From Camelus dromedarius (lineage: Eukaryota), in contig NC_087437.1 of the NCBI RefSeq assembly GCF_036321535.1, positions 71,116,001-71,180,000 on the forward strand: a stretch of DNA of 64,000 bases, written 5' to 3'. A model generated the notes under the pieces. It made no database searches and had not been told where the DNA came from. It saw only the letters and a list, made by a program, of their open reading frames with translations. Position numbers and translations under genes: made by a program. Every line of letters starts with the position of its first letter. Positions within the stretch are counted from its first letter, which is position 1. Positions 1 through 13,300 of this stretch are shown one piece after another.

Positions 1-319
1 ATAAACTGTAAAGACCAAGATAAGTCAATACTTTGTAAGAAACTCAAAGGTTCATGAAAATTTGTCAGTAATGTTCTATGTAATGATTCTTAAAAGAGTA
101 AGACCAGCAGTAATCTTCTAGTCTTTAGTTTCTCCACTTTCTCACCTCTCACCCACTCTTCACTAATGCTCTTTGCCAAGGTCATCAGTAATCTTTTAAT
201 TTTCAAGTCCATTAGACAGTCTGCAGTTGTAGTTTATTTGACCCCTTCACCTATCCCCACTTGCCCTTTAACAATAAAAGCTACATTTCAAGTGCTCTGT
301 GCCAGACATTCTGTTTGAG

Positions 320-517
320 CCATGATTCTCAACGGGAAGAGCAATGTTGGCCCACAGGGAACATTTGATGGTGTCTGGAGACATTTTTTATTGTCACAAT
401 TTAGGAGAAGGGGAGCGCTACTGGCATCCAGTGAGTGATGTGCTAAATATCCTGCAAAGCACAGGCCAGCCCCCCACAGCAAAGAACTATTCAGCCGTGG
501 CTGTCAATAGTGCCAAG
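320..517. mobile_element. MER20-like hAT-Charlie DNA transposon relic
   Basis: Recognised motifs gtctggagacattttt..ttgtcacaa, ctactggcatccagtg and gtcaatagtgccaag. Confidence 0.75.
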
Positions 518-2584
518 TATTCACATATATAATTTTATTTAATTGCCACAATAACCCTATAGAGTGGATATGATTATCCTCATTTTATGATGAGGAAGCC
601 AGGCTATCATGAAATACTTAAGGAGTGATTATTAAGTGAATGCATTCTCTAGGCTCTTTACTTCTCCTGCCTGAGTTCTGTTAGCATATCTATCAAAAGG
701 AGAAAGAAAAGAGAAAACCTAGCCCAGTTCTTTGTTATATAACCAATGCCGGTTTAAAAAAAAAAATAGATCTAAGGAGGGAGGAAGTTGAAATAATTAG
801 CTGAGAAGTAGGAGTAGAGAGTAATCTAGCATCTCTCTCATTTTCTGCTTTCATCTCCCACACCCACAACGCATCAGGAACTGCCTGGACAACCAAGGCT
901 TAACCCCCACCTGCCATGATAAAGAATCTAAGACCAGAGACCATGCAATGCAAAAAATAAGTCAATCAGAAATTCATGAGAGTGTAATTCCAACAACAGG
1001 CTCAGAATTGATTTTCAGAGCTGAGGGGTTCCCTTCATACAATTAGTCATTGACACTCAGCTGTACTATTTTTAAGTAGCTGTCAAACCTCAGCAGAGTA
1101 AAATGTCCAGCAAGATGGTAACAAATATCCTGAGGTTTTATGCTTCCCTCCTACCTGACAGGTGAGATGAGGCTACGACATCATTAGCCAACTGCAGATC
1201 CCAGGAAAGAGTGATTTCTGGCCACTGCTTTCCAAGGTGGCCCAGTTGCAGAGGGAAAGGCATTCTGGGACTGAGCCTGCCTCAAAGGTGAAAATATCCT
1301 TGAACAATCAGAAAGCATTGCATTTTTCCGAAAGCTCTTGGCAGCAACAGTGCTATCTCTGGGGTAGTGGCTGCCCTTCTCCAAATAATGAGAAAATTAT
1401 CATTATTATCAAAAATTATTATTATGCTTTAAAATATATTGAGTGCAAACAGTGTGCCAAGATAAAGAACAAATTTTTTTAACAATTCTCTGAATTCATT
1501 CCAAGTCACTCGCCCCTTACAATTATTTGCTCATTTTAACAGGTTCACATTCCAGGCTGAAACATTCAAATTGAGGTATAAAATGACAGCCACGATTAAG
1601 CCAATCTCCTAATCAAAGGAGAGCTGCAGTTAGTAGAACTGAGAGCAAATCCTGGCCACCAAGCCAGCCTCTACCTCTGCCAGGGGCCTGGAGCAAGAGT
1701 TCCCATGGAGGCCCATATACTCCGTGTCTACATATTTTAGTTATAACCAACAGACCATTGAATGAGATATTTAATCCTCCTGTCTTGATAAAGGTACCTT
1801 CTTAATAATCTGGAAGGCCAGGTTTGAATTCAGGATTCCTAGGCCCTTCAAGAGTTGCACACAAAATGTGAGAGGGCAGAAGAAGCCCTCAGGGACTCCA
1901 TCTCAGGGACTTTGTCCTCTTCACCCTCCACCTCAGGATACATCCAAGCTATTCATCTGAGCTCCTCCATGACCTACGCCTTGAACCCTGGGGTCCCACA
2001 CATATTGGCACAGTCTACCCTTGAGGCAACAGATCTAAAACAAAGCCCATGTCACCCTAGAAATAGGCTCCAAGGAGTTTGGACAGAGAATCCTGTGATC
2101 ATGGTACCCAGAGTGTGGTCTAGGATGGGTGTGGACTTTTGGTGGATCTGCTCCTTGGTGCCATGGGAGGGCATGACCTCATCCTGGGGGGAGGGTACAA
2201 CCAGATGGGGTCCAGAGTAGGGTCCTCGGAAGCACAGAGCCCGGGGCAGGAGTCACTCTTACCCAGGTCTCAGAGCCACACCATGGGCGATAAGCCTGTG
2301 CTTCCCCAAGCATGGCTTTGATGCACTCCTACCCTTGGCACACAGGTATTTCTTTATTTTTCTTCAGGACATGGTCACTTTTGTCCCCCACAGACACACA
2401 CAAACCTGAGTTTAAGAGCCCAGGGCCCCTTCTGGCCCCAACAGGCTCATGTCTTGGGGCAGCTGATGGGCTCTGATGCCTTTCCCACTCTGCGTCCAAA
2501 GTCCTCACAGTTGGCGGATTGGCTTTTCCCATTGCAATAGTGGCATGACAGTTGCTATGGCTGTCAGATGCCAAAGCAGAGCAT

Positions 2585-2727
2585 TGTGCAGCAGAGAACT
2601 CCACAGGGGCCAGCCGGGCCGCCCACCTGCATGCCTACTATGCCCTCTCCTACTGCGTGCTCATCCTGGCCATCATCTTTGGCAATAGTCTGGTGTCTGT
2701 GGCCGTGCTGAGGGAACAGGCCCTGCA
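2585..2727 (+). pseudogene. Partial duplicated fragment of DRD3 coding exon 1
   Basis: Aligns by eye to 4112-4251 with about 13 substitutions and one 3-nt insertion. Translates [47 protein letters not shown]. Lacks the ATG and both exon boundaries. Confidence 0.93.
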
Positions 2728-2824
2728 TGCTGGTTCTGCCCATAAGAAGCTGTATGACTTAAGGTGTGTCACTCACCTCTCTGGGTCTAGTTTCCCTGTT
2801 TGAAAAATGAGGGCATTGGACTAG
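2728..2824 (+). mobile_element. MIR SINE fragment abutting the exon duplicate
   Basis: Degenerate MIR core: gctgtatgacttaagg..tcactcacctctctgggtctagtttccctgtttgaaaaatgagg. Confidence 0.6.
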
Positions 2825-3269
2825 GTCAGAGGTTAAAACCTGGTGATGCATGGGTCATTGACCATGGATGTGGGATTTGGGGGAGAGACGGGAGACTTCA
2901 TAGGCTTAAAGATTTTTTAAACTGGTAAGGAATCTTTAAAAATTAGGATGTTTCAAATAAAATATCACACGTGGATTTTCCCCTAAATATAAAAACCACT
3001 GAGCTACCTCTAACCCCCATTACTCTCGAGATTTTCTCCCACAACCCAGTCTCCCAAACCCACCATGTCCTACCTCGTAAGATCCAAAAGAGAAAGTGGG
3101 AGATTGAAGGAAGTGAAGAGAGACAGAGAGAGGCAGGGGAAAAGGCAAATGGGGGCAACAGAGGGTGGGAGAGAGGAAACAAGGAAAGAGGGATGGGAAG
3201 CTAAGAGAAACAGACCAAAAAGAGAAAAAGAGCTAATGCTCACATAGCTTTCTACATCTGTCAATGTAG

Positions 3270-3420
3270 ATACATAATAGCTCATTTAATCTTTACAAAA
3301 TCCCTATGGGATGAGTCCCATTACTTCCCCCATTTTACAGAGAAGTAAAATGAAGCTCAGACAGGTGGAGTAACATGCCCAAGGCCCCAGAGCCAGGAAG
3401 CGGCAGAGCTGGGCTTCCCA
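3270..3420 (-). mobile_element. MIR SINE
   Basis: cccattttacagaga..gaagctcagacagg..taacatgcccaagg is the reverse-strand MIR core. Confidence 0.65.
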
Positions 3421-3429
3421 TCCTGCAGC

Positions 3430-3955
3430 AACTCCCCATCTCACTCAGAGTCCATGCATGGTTCTTCCAGCGGCCCTGTGCAACCTCTCGACCTCTCATC
3501 CTTCCCCTCTGCCCCTGCCTCGCCTGGCTCCAGCCACACTGGCCTCCCTGCTGTGCTCTCCACATGCCAGCTGCCCTGCCTTTGGACCTGCTGTTCCTCC
3601 TGCTTGGATATCTGCGCAGACGGCTCCCTCAGGTCCTCCAGGTCCTGACTCAGTTGTCACCATCTCCCTGAGGGCTTCCTGATAACCGCAGTTAAGAACT
3701 GCACTCAGACACCCTACTCACACACACACCATCTTCACCCTGTCCTCACTCCCTTCCCTAATTTATTGTTCTCCAAAACACATATCATCATCGAATAAAC
3801 TACATCTTTTTTTCATCTTGTTTATTACTGTCTTCTTCTCTAGAATGGAGGCTTAATGAGGGCAGGGATTTTTATCGCTTTTTTCATTGCTGTATATCCA
3901 GTGCTTAGAATATTGCCCGGCATATTAAAAGTGCTCAATAAAATATTTGTTGAAG
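3430..3955 (+). mobile_element. L2 LINE 3' end
   Basis: ctccagccacactggcctcc, gagggcagggatttt and terminal gtgctcaataaaatatttgttgaa. Confidence 0.7.
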
Positions 3956-4069
3956 CGATAAATTCTAAAACGTATCCAAGCAGCCAAACTCAAAAGGTCT
4001 GACTTTACCGACACTGTTCTCCATCTCCTCCCAGGAAACGTGTTGGGGTTGCTCCTCTCCCTCGAGGCC

Positions 4070-4339
4070 ATGGCATCTCTGAGCCAGCTGGGTGGCCACA
4101 TCAACTCTACCTGTGCGGCAGAGAACGCCACAGGGGCCAGCCGGGCCCGCCCACACGCCTACTATGCCCTCTCCTACTGCGCGCTCATCCTGGCCATCGT
4201 CTTCGGCAATGGTCTGGTGTGTGTGGCCGTGCTGAGGGAACGGACCCTGCAGACCACCACCAACTACCTGGTGGTGAGCCTGGCCGTGGCAGACCTGCTG
4301 GTGGCCACCTTGGTGATGCCCTGGGTGGTGTACCTGGAG
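4070..4339 (+). CDS. DRD3: DRD3 coding exon 1 (N-terminus, TM1-TM2; aa 1-90)
   Basis: Pyrimidine tract and acceptor ctcctcccag|4035, then 35 nt of 5'UTR, Kozak-like gccATGg at 4070, donor GAG|gtgagt after 4339. Translates MASLSQLGG...MPWVVYLE. Confidence 0.97.
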
Positions 4340-7300
4340 GTGAGTAGGCTGCGAGTGCAAGATGCCCACATGTCTTGCTTGTCTTTGTCTTCCCTGAACT
4401 CCTATCCTTCTGGGCTCAGAATTCTCCCAGCCATGATCAGAGTCTGAGGCAGGAGAGCTCCTGTCATTCTCCCTTTCATGAGGGAACTGAAGGTCTTGAG
4501 AGCAGCCAATATCCTTTATCACTTAACCACATCAAAACCAGGGAGATGGGAATGATTCCGTTCCTGGGCCTCCAGCATCTGGGTGACTGGACTTGAGCGA
4601 TGGGACTCTTCCTAAAAATGCACCAGGTTTACTTTCTGTGCCACTCATGTTGCAAAGACATGGGGGGTTGGGGAAGGCAGTCCAGTGGCCATCTTCATCA
4701 GTGTTTCAATGTATACAGGGGTGAGGATGTGCAGGAGGCACGCAGGGGCAAAAGCAATTATTAAAAAAAAAATTAATGAGAGGAAAAGAGAGAAAGAACA
4801 GTCTGCAAATAGATCAGACCTCTTCTGATGGTTCAGTTGCCCTCAGACTCGGCATTTTCCTCCTGGGTACCAGCACTCCACAGATTCTGCTTCCAAAGGA
4901 ACAGACCAAATTTATATTTTTGATGCCTCCATTAATAGTACAGAGCCCTCGCCAGTTAGATAATGCAGCAGACCCTGGAGAATTCTTCTGGAGAGAAACA
5001 TTTCCTAAATTTGAAAGTATTTTCATTTGAAAGTGCAAAACAGAGTCAGGAGGTGATCAAGACAAAACATCCACTTGCTAACAAGGAAATCGAGATGCCT
5101 GCACCTGTTCAAGAACAGATATTCCTACCAGGAAAACACGCAATTACTAAAGAGGTTTTTTTTTTTAAACACCTTAACATACTATTAATATTTCTCCTCT
5201 GCACTGTGTATCATTCTAAAGAGGTATCCAATGAAGGCTCAAAATGATGCTATGATTAAGAGAAATTAAAATTCATCAAATTAATATCTCAGTTAATATT
5301 AATAGTAAAGATGACAGTTAATTAAGTATGACATATCACAGGAGAGCAAAAACCTTGAACATAGACTGCTTAGGCGAGTACCCGCGTTAAAGAATGACTG
5401 GGAACTAAAATTAGACTTATGATCTCAATGGGGAGACAGAAAGGAAAGAAATCAAGAAGATAGAAAAGAAAAGGAAAAGAATAAAAACAACTAGGCTGAC
5501 TGGGATGGATCTAAAGGCCAAGGGAATACTTTGGAGGAAAAAATATGCATTTATTTTTCCCAGTTAGGATAATCCTGATAGCAAAGGGTCTCGTAATTAC
5601 CTTCACTTTTCTGTCAACCCACTTAGGCTGAGACATCCTTGAAGCCAGAAGCTATGTCTTTGTTCTTTTTTTTTTTTTCCTGTAGTCCAAACACACTACC
5701 TGGCACATAATATGTGCCAAATAAATATTTGATATATGAATGAGTAAATGAATCTGTTCTGCAGTGTATGCATTAGATGGTCAACTCTTGCTTCTCTCAT
5801 CTGCAGCTACGTTTATTGTTACAATGAACTATTTACTTTTATTTTATCTTTTAAGAATGACACTGAAAAGGAGTTAGAGGCAAATGATATTTCTGTTCAA
5901 GAGTGAGGCAGATTTTAGGTGCTACAGCCCAGTAGGGATGGATGAGTCCATGATTCACAACATCACCATACCTCCCTCAAAAGTATTCCTGTCCATCCCT
6001 ATATACTACAAGAATTCTTAAGTCTTCCAGGAGGATGAATATCAGAAAGAAGTGCAGGAAGAGGACCTTTATTCTGATAAGCATTTTAATTGCCTCTGAA
6101 ATAAAGCCAGGTTTTTGGTGCCTGTAACAAAGCCACTTGGGGCACTCTTTGGCTGTCCACCTGTGATTGCTTCCAGGGACCTGGATGGACCACATTGGAA
6201 AACATCTGCAGATACGGGAATAGGAGACGGACATAGTGACTTTCCCACACTAGACTCCCATGGCATCCCTTTCGAGCCACACCTGCCAATATGGATGGCG
6301 CCCCACTCTACTAATGAGCACAGAAGAGCACCTGAGTCTGCAGAGGACCAGCATGAAATCTGGTCTTAGTGAAGTGGACTCTCTCTCTACGGGTTCTACC
6401 TGTGGGTTTCCCCCTGTGAGAAGAGCTCTGGGGGAGCTCTTGTTTCCCCTCATAAAAACGAATATGACCTCTGTCCAACAGGTGATTTATAACAGGTAGG
6501 TGTTCAATAATCAAGAGTATGGTCACATAAGTCTGCAATTATACAAAAAAGATTTGAGGGAGCAGAGGCATCTCTCCCCTGGGAAAAAGGCTTTGGGACA
6601 TCTTTTTGGTCCTACCCGCTTGCCTCAAGGCTCCAGGAAATGCAACTTAATATCTCTGCATCACTTTCCCCAACAGTCAACTAAGGGTCTGTCTCAACTA
6701 GAGCATGACGTTAAGTAGCCATCATCAGCAGACAGCTAGCCAAGATAACAGAAGGTTCTGTTCCAAAGGACCAGGTCCCCCATCCACCCCAGTCTACATA
6801 TTTTCCTTAATCTTAAATGCCTGCCTGCTTTCTGCAGACCCCAGAAGCAGACTGGGTGCTTTAATGAGAAAAAAGAGCACTTTAATCTCTCAAAGGGATT
6901 GTGAATATATAAATTTCTGTGTCTCGGAGAAGAGCAAAGTGTTACTCTCACTAACTTGTCCTAATGATGGTGCGGTTTGAGTAGCAGGTCTAGTAATTAC
7001 ATGATCATACCCGAAGGCCCCCCTGAAAAGAGGAAAGGGTGTGGTGTTGACCACAGAGACTGCTACAGGCTTGAGGGCCCCCAGGAGGAAAGACAAATGA
7101 GAAGAACACCACGAAGGAGGGAAATTAGCTGCCAAATTCACACCTTCCTGTGCTTTGACTTGAATATATCCATCTTGTTTGAAAGGAATACCAGCTCACA
7201 TTGGCCAGACATCTTTCTTCAAAGGAAAAATGGCTCATCATGCCAGACACCAGTATATATGAGTTAACTAGGTTTTGGCTGTAAATATTGGAAAATCTGA

Positions 7301-10300
7301 CTCACCGTGGCTTAAACAAATAGGAATTACTTTTCTCACATAACCACAAAAATTCTGGAGGAAGTTCTGCTGGTGTTGGTTCCGCTGTCTCAGATGTCAT
7401 CAAGGACCAGACTCTCCCATTCTTCCTGTTCACCATCCTTGGTAAACTGGTTCCCTTCCTCATGCTTCTCACAAGAGCCCCCAGCATCATGGCGTTATTC
7501 AAAACTAGGATGGGCAGGAACAGCAGAGAAAGAAAAAAAGATTCCTTTCCCTGGAGTGGCTTGAAACATCTCCCTAAGGGACCTCATTTAAGTTTAACTG
7601 GCCAGAACGGGAACATAAGGCCACTTTAAGCTATGAGGGAGGACAGAAAAGAAAAAGCGAAAGGGTGGGTTTTATTAAAAAAGAAGATACGAGGGTGAGG
7701 TAGACAATAAAATGTCACATAACATTGTGCTTCTGCTGGAATTCACTGGGATGAATGTTATTCTGATAGCAGGGTCATGCTATGAGAAAGACTCAGAACT
7801 GGGAGTCAGAAGGCATGGAATTAAATGAATAAAATGAGTGTGACAACTACATTTTCCCTATCTCAGGGTTGATTTAAGCTCAACTGTCATCAGTTGAAAA
7901 AGTGCTTTGATAACTAAAAAGTACGATCTATAAATATCTCAGTTAAGACAATTTTAGTTGTAAGTAAAAGAAAACTTGACTCCGATTGACTTAAGCAATG
8001 AACAAAATGCATTGGCTCTCATACCAAGAACTTTAAAAGTCCTGTGGCAGGGTGGACTGCAGGCAGAGTCTGAACAGGGCTCCAGTTCTACTTCTGTACA
8101 ATTCTCTCAGCTCCGTCTTCTTCCATATATTGGCTTTATCCATAAGTAAAGGGTAAACTACAGACCTCATGTGTACACGCCATGTCATTCACAGCAAGAT
8201 TGAAAATCCATGTGCTAGTAGAAGAGGCAAGATGTCCTTTGATTGGACCGGCTTATGGTACACGATTTTCTCTGAACTAATCACTGAATAGAATAGTGGT
8301 TTAGCATAGGTTATGTGTACCTTCCACAGAACACACCAACAGCTCAGGAATCTCATGGGTTCCCAGTGGAATCCAAGGACTATTAGAAAGAGGAAAAGAA
8401 GACAGTCAGCAAATATGCACCACAGTGGCTTTCACTGGTACCATTTTCAACATAGGGCACACGAAGCCTGGGCTTGAGCAATATATAAAAAAGGACTAGC
8501 AGGAGCCAGTCACCGACCTTTTCCAGTTTTCTCTGCCCTCAGGCCTAGCAGAGAAGTTGAGGATAAAACCGTGCCGGTGACCTCAGAGGAAGTTATATTC
8601 CAGAGCACCCTGGCCTGGCTGTCTCTTTAATCCAGTTTGCAACATTTTCATGAAAACTCTTTACTGTGCTGTACCAAACAGTTCTGTCTCAGATTCCCTC
8701 TCAAGTTTTTAATTTCCTGCTTTAGAAGCTGCCGTCTGTTTGGAGCTCCCTCTCCAAGCACAAACATCCCATTTTGTTCCACTCGGTTAAGCACCTTTTG
8801 TGATGTTTAATGCACTTGTATCAGGGCAGAAAGGCAGTGTAAGCAGCCAGGGACCATTTAGAATACTAAACTCAGAGGACTTGCATCCCAGTGTGGATCG
8901 GAGGAAAGATTTGAGGGTTAGGTAATACAGACAATCCAAAAAGTACCAGGTGGATTCAGGTAGAGAAACTCACGTAGAGTGATCCTGGTCAGATAGAGAT
9001 GACAGGAAAGAAACACTGTTCTGGGTGCCTTTGGACCTTGTAATCATATTAATTATTAAAAATCAACACTCTTTTAAGGAGACTTGTACCAGTGTTCAAA
9101 AAACCCCAGATGATAGCAATTTAAAAGCTCCCCACTGGAAAACAAAAACAGGAGATTCTTATGGTCTCTCCACCAAAGTCTGGATTTTGATGAAAGCTGT
9201 AGACTGTTGAAGCTGGAGGGCTTGGAGATCATGTCCCTTGTCATTTCTAAAGTGTAATCTGACCTCAAGAAATGTCTGGCCACATCCTAGTGAACGGGGT
9301 TCTCTGTGGGGATGGGCCTCAAAGTCTGTACTGTAAGTGGGCTCCTTCATAATTCTTATGCACCTGAGCTAAACCTTCACTACAGGGAGATGCTTGTTCA
9401 AAATACAGACTGTTGGGTCTACCCCAGATCTACCAAACTGCAAGTCCAAGGGGAGGGGTCCTGGAAGTTTATAGCAACTGCCTCTCATCTTGGCCCACTC
9501 CCACTCCAGCTGATTTGCGCAGGCAGCTGGCCATGTGCTACAAACTGACTTGTAGGAACCACTAATCTGTAAAACCCCCATTTCACAGATGAGGAAATCA
9601 GGATTCAGAGAAGTGAAAAATCCTTGCAAATTGCCCTATCTTGTCCCATAGCCATCCTTTCCTGAAGAGAGAGAGAGAGAGAGAAGAAAGAAAAGATGCC
9701 AAAATGTGGCAAACAAAAATGGAGTGAAGAGGCTAATCAGAGAAATAACTCCATCTTTGAGCCTTGGATATCTCCCCAAAACAACTAAAAATCCATCCCT
9801 TAGAGCAGGAGTTCTTAATCTGGGGAGTCCATCAACTTGGATATAAACAAAATCACTTCTTTATTTTCACTAAACCGAAATTAAGCACTTGCTTCAATTA
9901 TGAATGCAAGTATCAACCCACAGCAGAAGAAATCCTTAGTGTCATAGGTAGAAACTGCAGATATTTATATTTTCAAATTGCATCACAGTTGTTGCAGACA
10001 CTGAAATACCATTTCCATTCATCAGTACATTGAAACTACGGGAATTTTGAACCTGCCCCTAGGTCTTGTCATTTAATGCATTATTAAAGAATCACATATA
10101 TTTTTAAAAATTTTTGGTAACTGTATTTTAATACAACTCGTATCTTTTGTGAGCCATTGTTTTCTATTTACGCATTTAAAAACATTCTTCTGCGAAGGAA
10201 CCAGGAGGCCAAAGGGACCCAAGGAATAAAGGATGCTTAAGGAGTCCTAGGGACCAGCATCTCCGAAGATCAAGTCATGCTCCCCACACCCCCTAGACCA

Positions 10301-13300
10301 GTGGTTCCTAAACCTCCCAGGCAGCAGGAATCCCTGGAGGGACTTATCATTCTGTGTGGGGACTAAGAATCATTTTAACAAGAGCCTCAGGTGATTTGGG
10401 AAATGTTGCCTTATCAGTAAATTTGGGAAATGCTGCCTTAGGCTGTGTCTGTTGAAAATCAATAGCCAACTTCAGTACCTGAAGACACTCTAGTGCTTCT
10501 CCCACCTTCTGTATTGCCAAAGGGAGTTAGTTATATTCATTAGCAACTGAGAGTAACACCACCTGGCTGCTGTATAATTCAGAAGTGAGTTATTCATTAA
10601 AATTTAGGAGGAAGGTAGAATCATGTCTCTAAAAAGCCTTCAATCAATCAGGCTTTTTTTGTTTGTTTTCCTTCAGCTTTAATTTCAAAAATCACCTTAC
10701 TTTTCACGTTCTCCCAATTCTGTACTCATCTCACTGTCAGCATTCATTGTATCGCCTCATAGTCAGTTTCTCGGTGTCCATCTCCCGGGCCCTCGGTTCA
10801 CCCGTTCCCATTCACACATTACTCCCCTTGACAGGCACACACTGTGTTCTGAGGCCTTGGGGACAGACACCGGTTTAATGCATGTCAGTACACCCGCCCA
10901 GTGAAGGAGCAGCCCTAGACGGCACTCAGTAAACACTGGGCATGTGGGTGGGTGGGTGGACGGACGTGCGGACTCCCCTCCCTCCTGTGATACCAGAATG
11001 GAGTTAAACAGCACATTTCCCAGAAGCAGCGTGTCAAGGTGCTGACCTCCGAGCCGTGAAACACGGTAACGGTTAATATTAAGGGCTTGAAATTCCCACG
11101 ACTTTTACTAGCTGTGTGCCCGTAGGCAAATTATTCAACCCCCCTCAGGCTCTATTTCTTTATCTACAAATTGGAAATAATATTTACCTCATTCGCTTGC
11201 TGTGAGAGTTGCTTAGCTTGTTCCTGGCCCTTTCAGCTCTTTATTGATCACTCACTATTATTTACTTGGTGTGGAGGATTCCAGTTAAAAAAAAAAAAAG
11301 TATTTCCATTACTCATCCCACCAATTAGAGACTCATCTTGATGAGTAAGCTCCAGGAAAGGCCAAGAGATGGCACCGTAGCGGGAATTACTAATCAGATT
11401 GTTTTCTTCTTGACACTTAGCTGAGATCACGGAGGGAAGGGGGATTTTGATGTTAGAATCAAAGACAGGAAGAGAAGACACCCAGAATGGGCTCGCACAG
11501 TGGGGGCTGGAAGCCAGAGGGCAGCTTGCGGGGGCTCAGGAAACCAGGGACCAAAGAAACCTGCCAGGTGTGTACTTTCACTAGGCCCAGAGTCAGCAGC
11601 CTCCACTGTTCTGCACTGTTTCTCTGCTACCCTGCGATACAGGCAATCAGATGGTGTCTGGTTCCCTAGAAGGGAGATGGTGCAGTCTGTCCCACAAAAT
11701 CTTTGATGAGCATACAGTTTCCTCCTTCCTGCCTTGTGTCCACCCACCTCCATTCCTTTCCAACAGCCGCCCCTCCTCACCTGACACTCCCCTACAGCAG
11801 GGTGTGTAACAGCCTGCATTCCAGCTGCCTCTACCAGCCACGCCACCCTGAACCTCTCTAAGCTTTATCCTCTTTCTCTGCAATGAAGATAACAATGGTG
11901 CTTTCAGGACAATGATCAGCAATAGAGGCCATGTACATAAAAAATGCATGGCAGACATCGGGCACTTAGTAAGCATTCAATAAATGGTAATTCTTAGTAT
12001 TAACACAGATTATGTCAGAGACCATTCATTCTTTCAGAATATATTTACATGCAGGACTCTGCTCTAGGGGCCGACTGCAGCAACCAACAAGGAAAAGTCC
12101 CTGTTCCTGTCGGGTGGGTGAAGTCTGATAATGTGACTGATAACAAGTTATCAGAATCTAAAGTGTCAAGGTTATAGAAATTTCTGGAATGGGTCATGTG
12201 AGCCGGTGACCCATGTAGACTGAGTTCTCAATAAATTTTAGTTTGTATTAACAATATTAGGGTCTCATATCTAATTATTCTATTTAAGAATGCCTTGCTT
12301 CTCCAGTTATAAGTTCTTCAAGGACAGGGCCTGAAGAACTTTTTCAAAAACCTCTTAAAACACATAACATACCCTCCTTCTATGAACTAAGTATTAGGAG
12401 TATCACAAATTCTCACTTTATGAACGAATGAGCCAATAAACAAACAGACACGGAGCAAGCACTGGAGTTCACTATTGTTCTAACTACCCTCTCTCGCCTA
12501 CACAGTCCCCCAACACACATTCACAGACAGGCACTCACAATTTTGCACAAAAAAGTGATTTTCTTCCCCAATTTAAGACACAAATTGCATAGTAGACATA
12601 TGTTAAGAGAGATTTAGTATACAAGATTCACCTTTTGCAAGAAGTTTTACAGCTTACAACTGTCCCATGGACTGAGCAAAACCACCTTCTATTCTCCTGG
12701 CCCCTTAAATCATTATGTTATGACTATACATGTCCCTTTAAAAAAGTTTTTCATTCTCAGAATTCCAATAAATTCTTACTAAGCCTTTATTTATACAGTC
12801 AAATGGTTGGACTAAAAGAGAAAAAGTAAATCCACACCTAAATGAACAAAAATGATGACTTCATCACTAGTTTGAACTTCTCATTGCTGCTTTTAAACAA
12901 AGTATTTTTGGTCAGAGTTTCTCATGATGGAGTTTGGAGAGGGCCAAATATAGGGAGAAGACTGGATGCTGAAAAGGAAATAAATCCAAGGGGAAAGAAG
13001 TGATGAGGGAAGGGGAAAGGGAGAGAGCCTCTCAGGACCTTGCGTTAGTGCCATAAAACAAGGATGTGCGGTACATGACCTCGTGATGTAACAAGCGTCC
13101 TAGATGAGAACAACGTCTTCATGCACTGTCACTTGCACTGTTTTTTCCTTAAGAAGCTACTGTCCCTCTGCTTCACTCCCCTTTCTCTTACATAGTCGGT
13201 GGGTCTGCCCAGCAGGGATATCATGAACACCCAGCTACAGCCAGGAGCACAAAGCTGCCCACGTTTCTCCCTGAGAACTATGGTCCCCAAGAATGGCAGC

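Noticed and set aside
2552..2803. Exon duplicate as a second functional receptor gene or an in-frame extra exon
   Set aside because: No ATG in frame, only about 47 homologous codons, and the weak donor at 2763/2764 would join the 4035 acceptor out of frame.
4040..4069. In-frame N-terminal extension from GTG in the ORF track
   Set aside because: Non-ATG start 5 nt after the acceptor; the ATG at 4070 has good context and matches the orthologous start.
3965..4522. 185-aa antisense ORF over exon 1 (similarly 37270-37581)
   Set aside because: Shadow ORFs of GC-rich coding exons; no recognisable protein.
10394..10440. 20-nt direct repeat; similar short duplications at 36848-36872 and 62772-62824
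   Set aside because: Two-copy local slippage duplications; not a CRISPR-like array and no sign of function.
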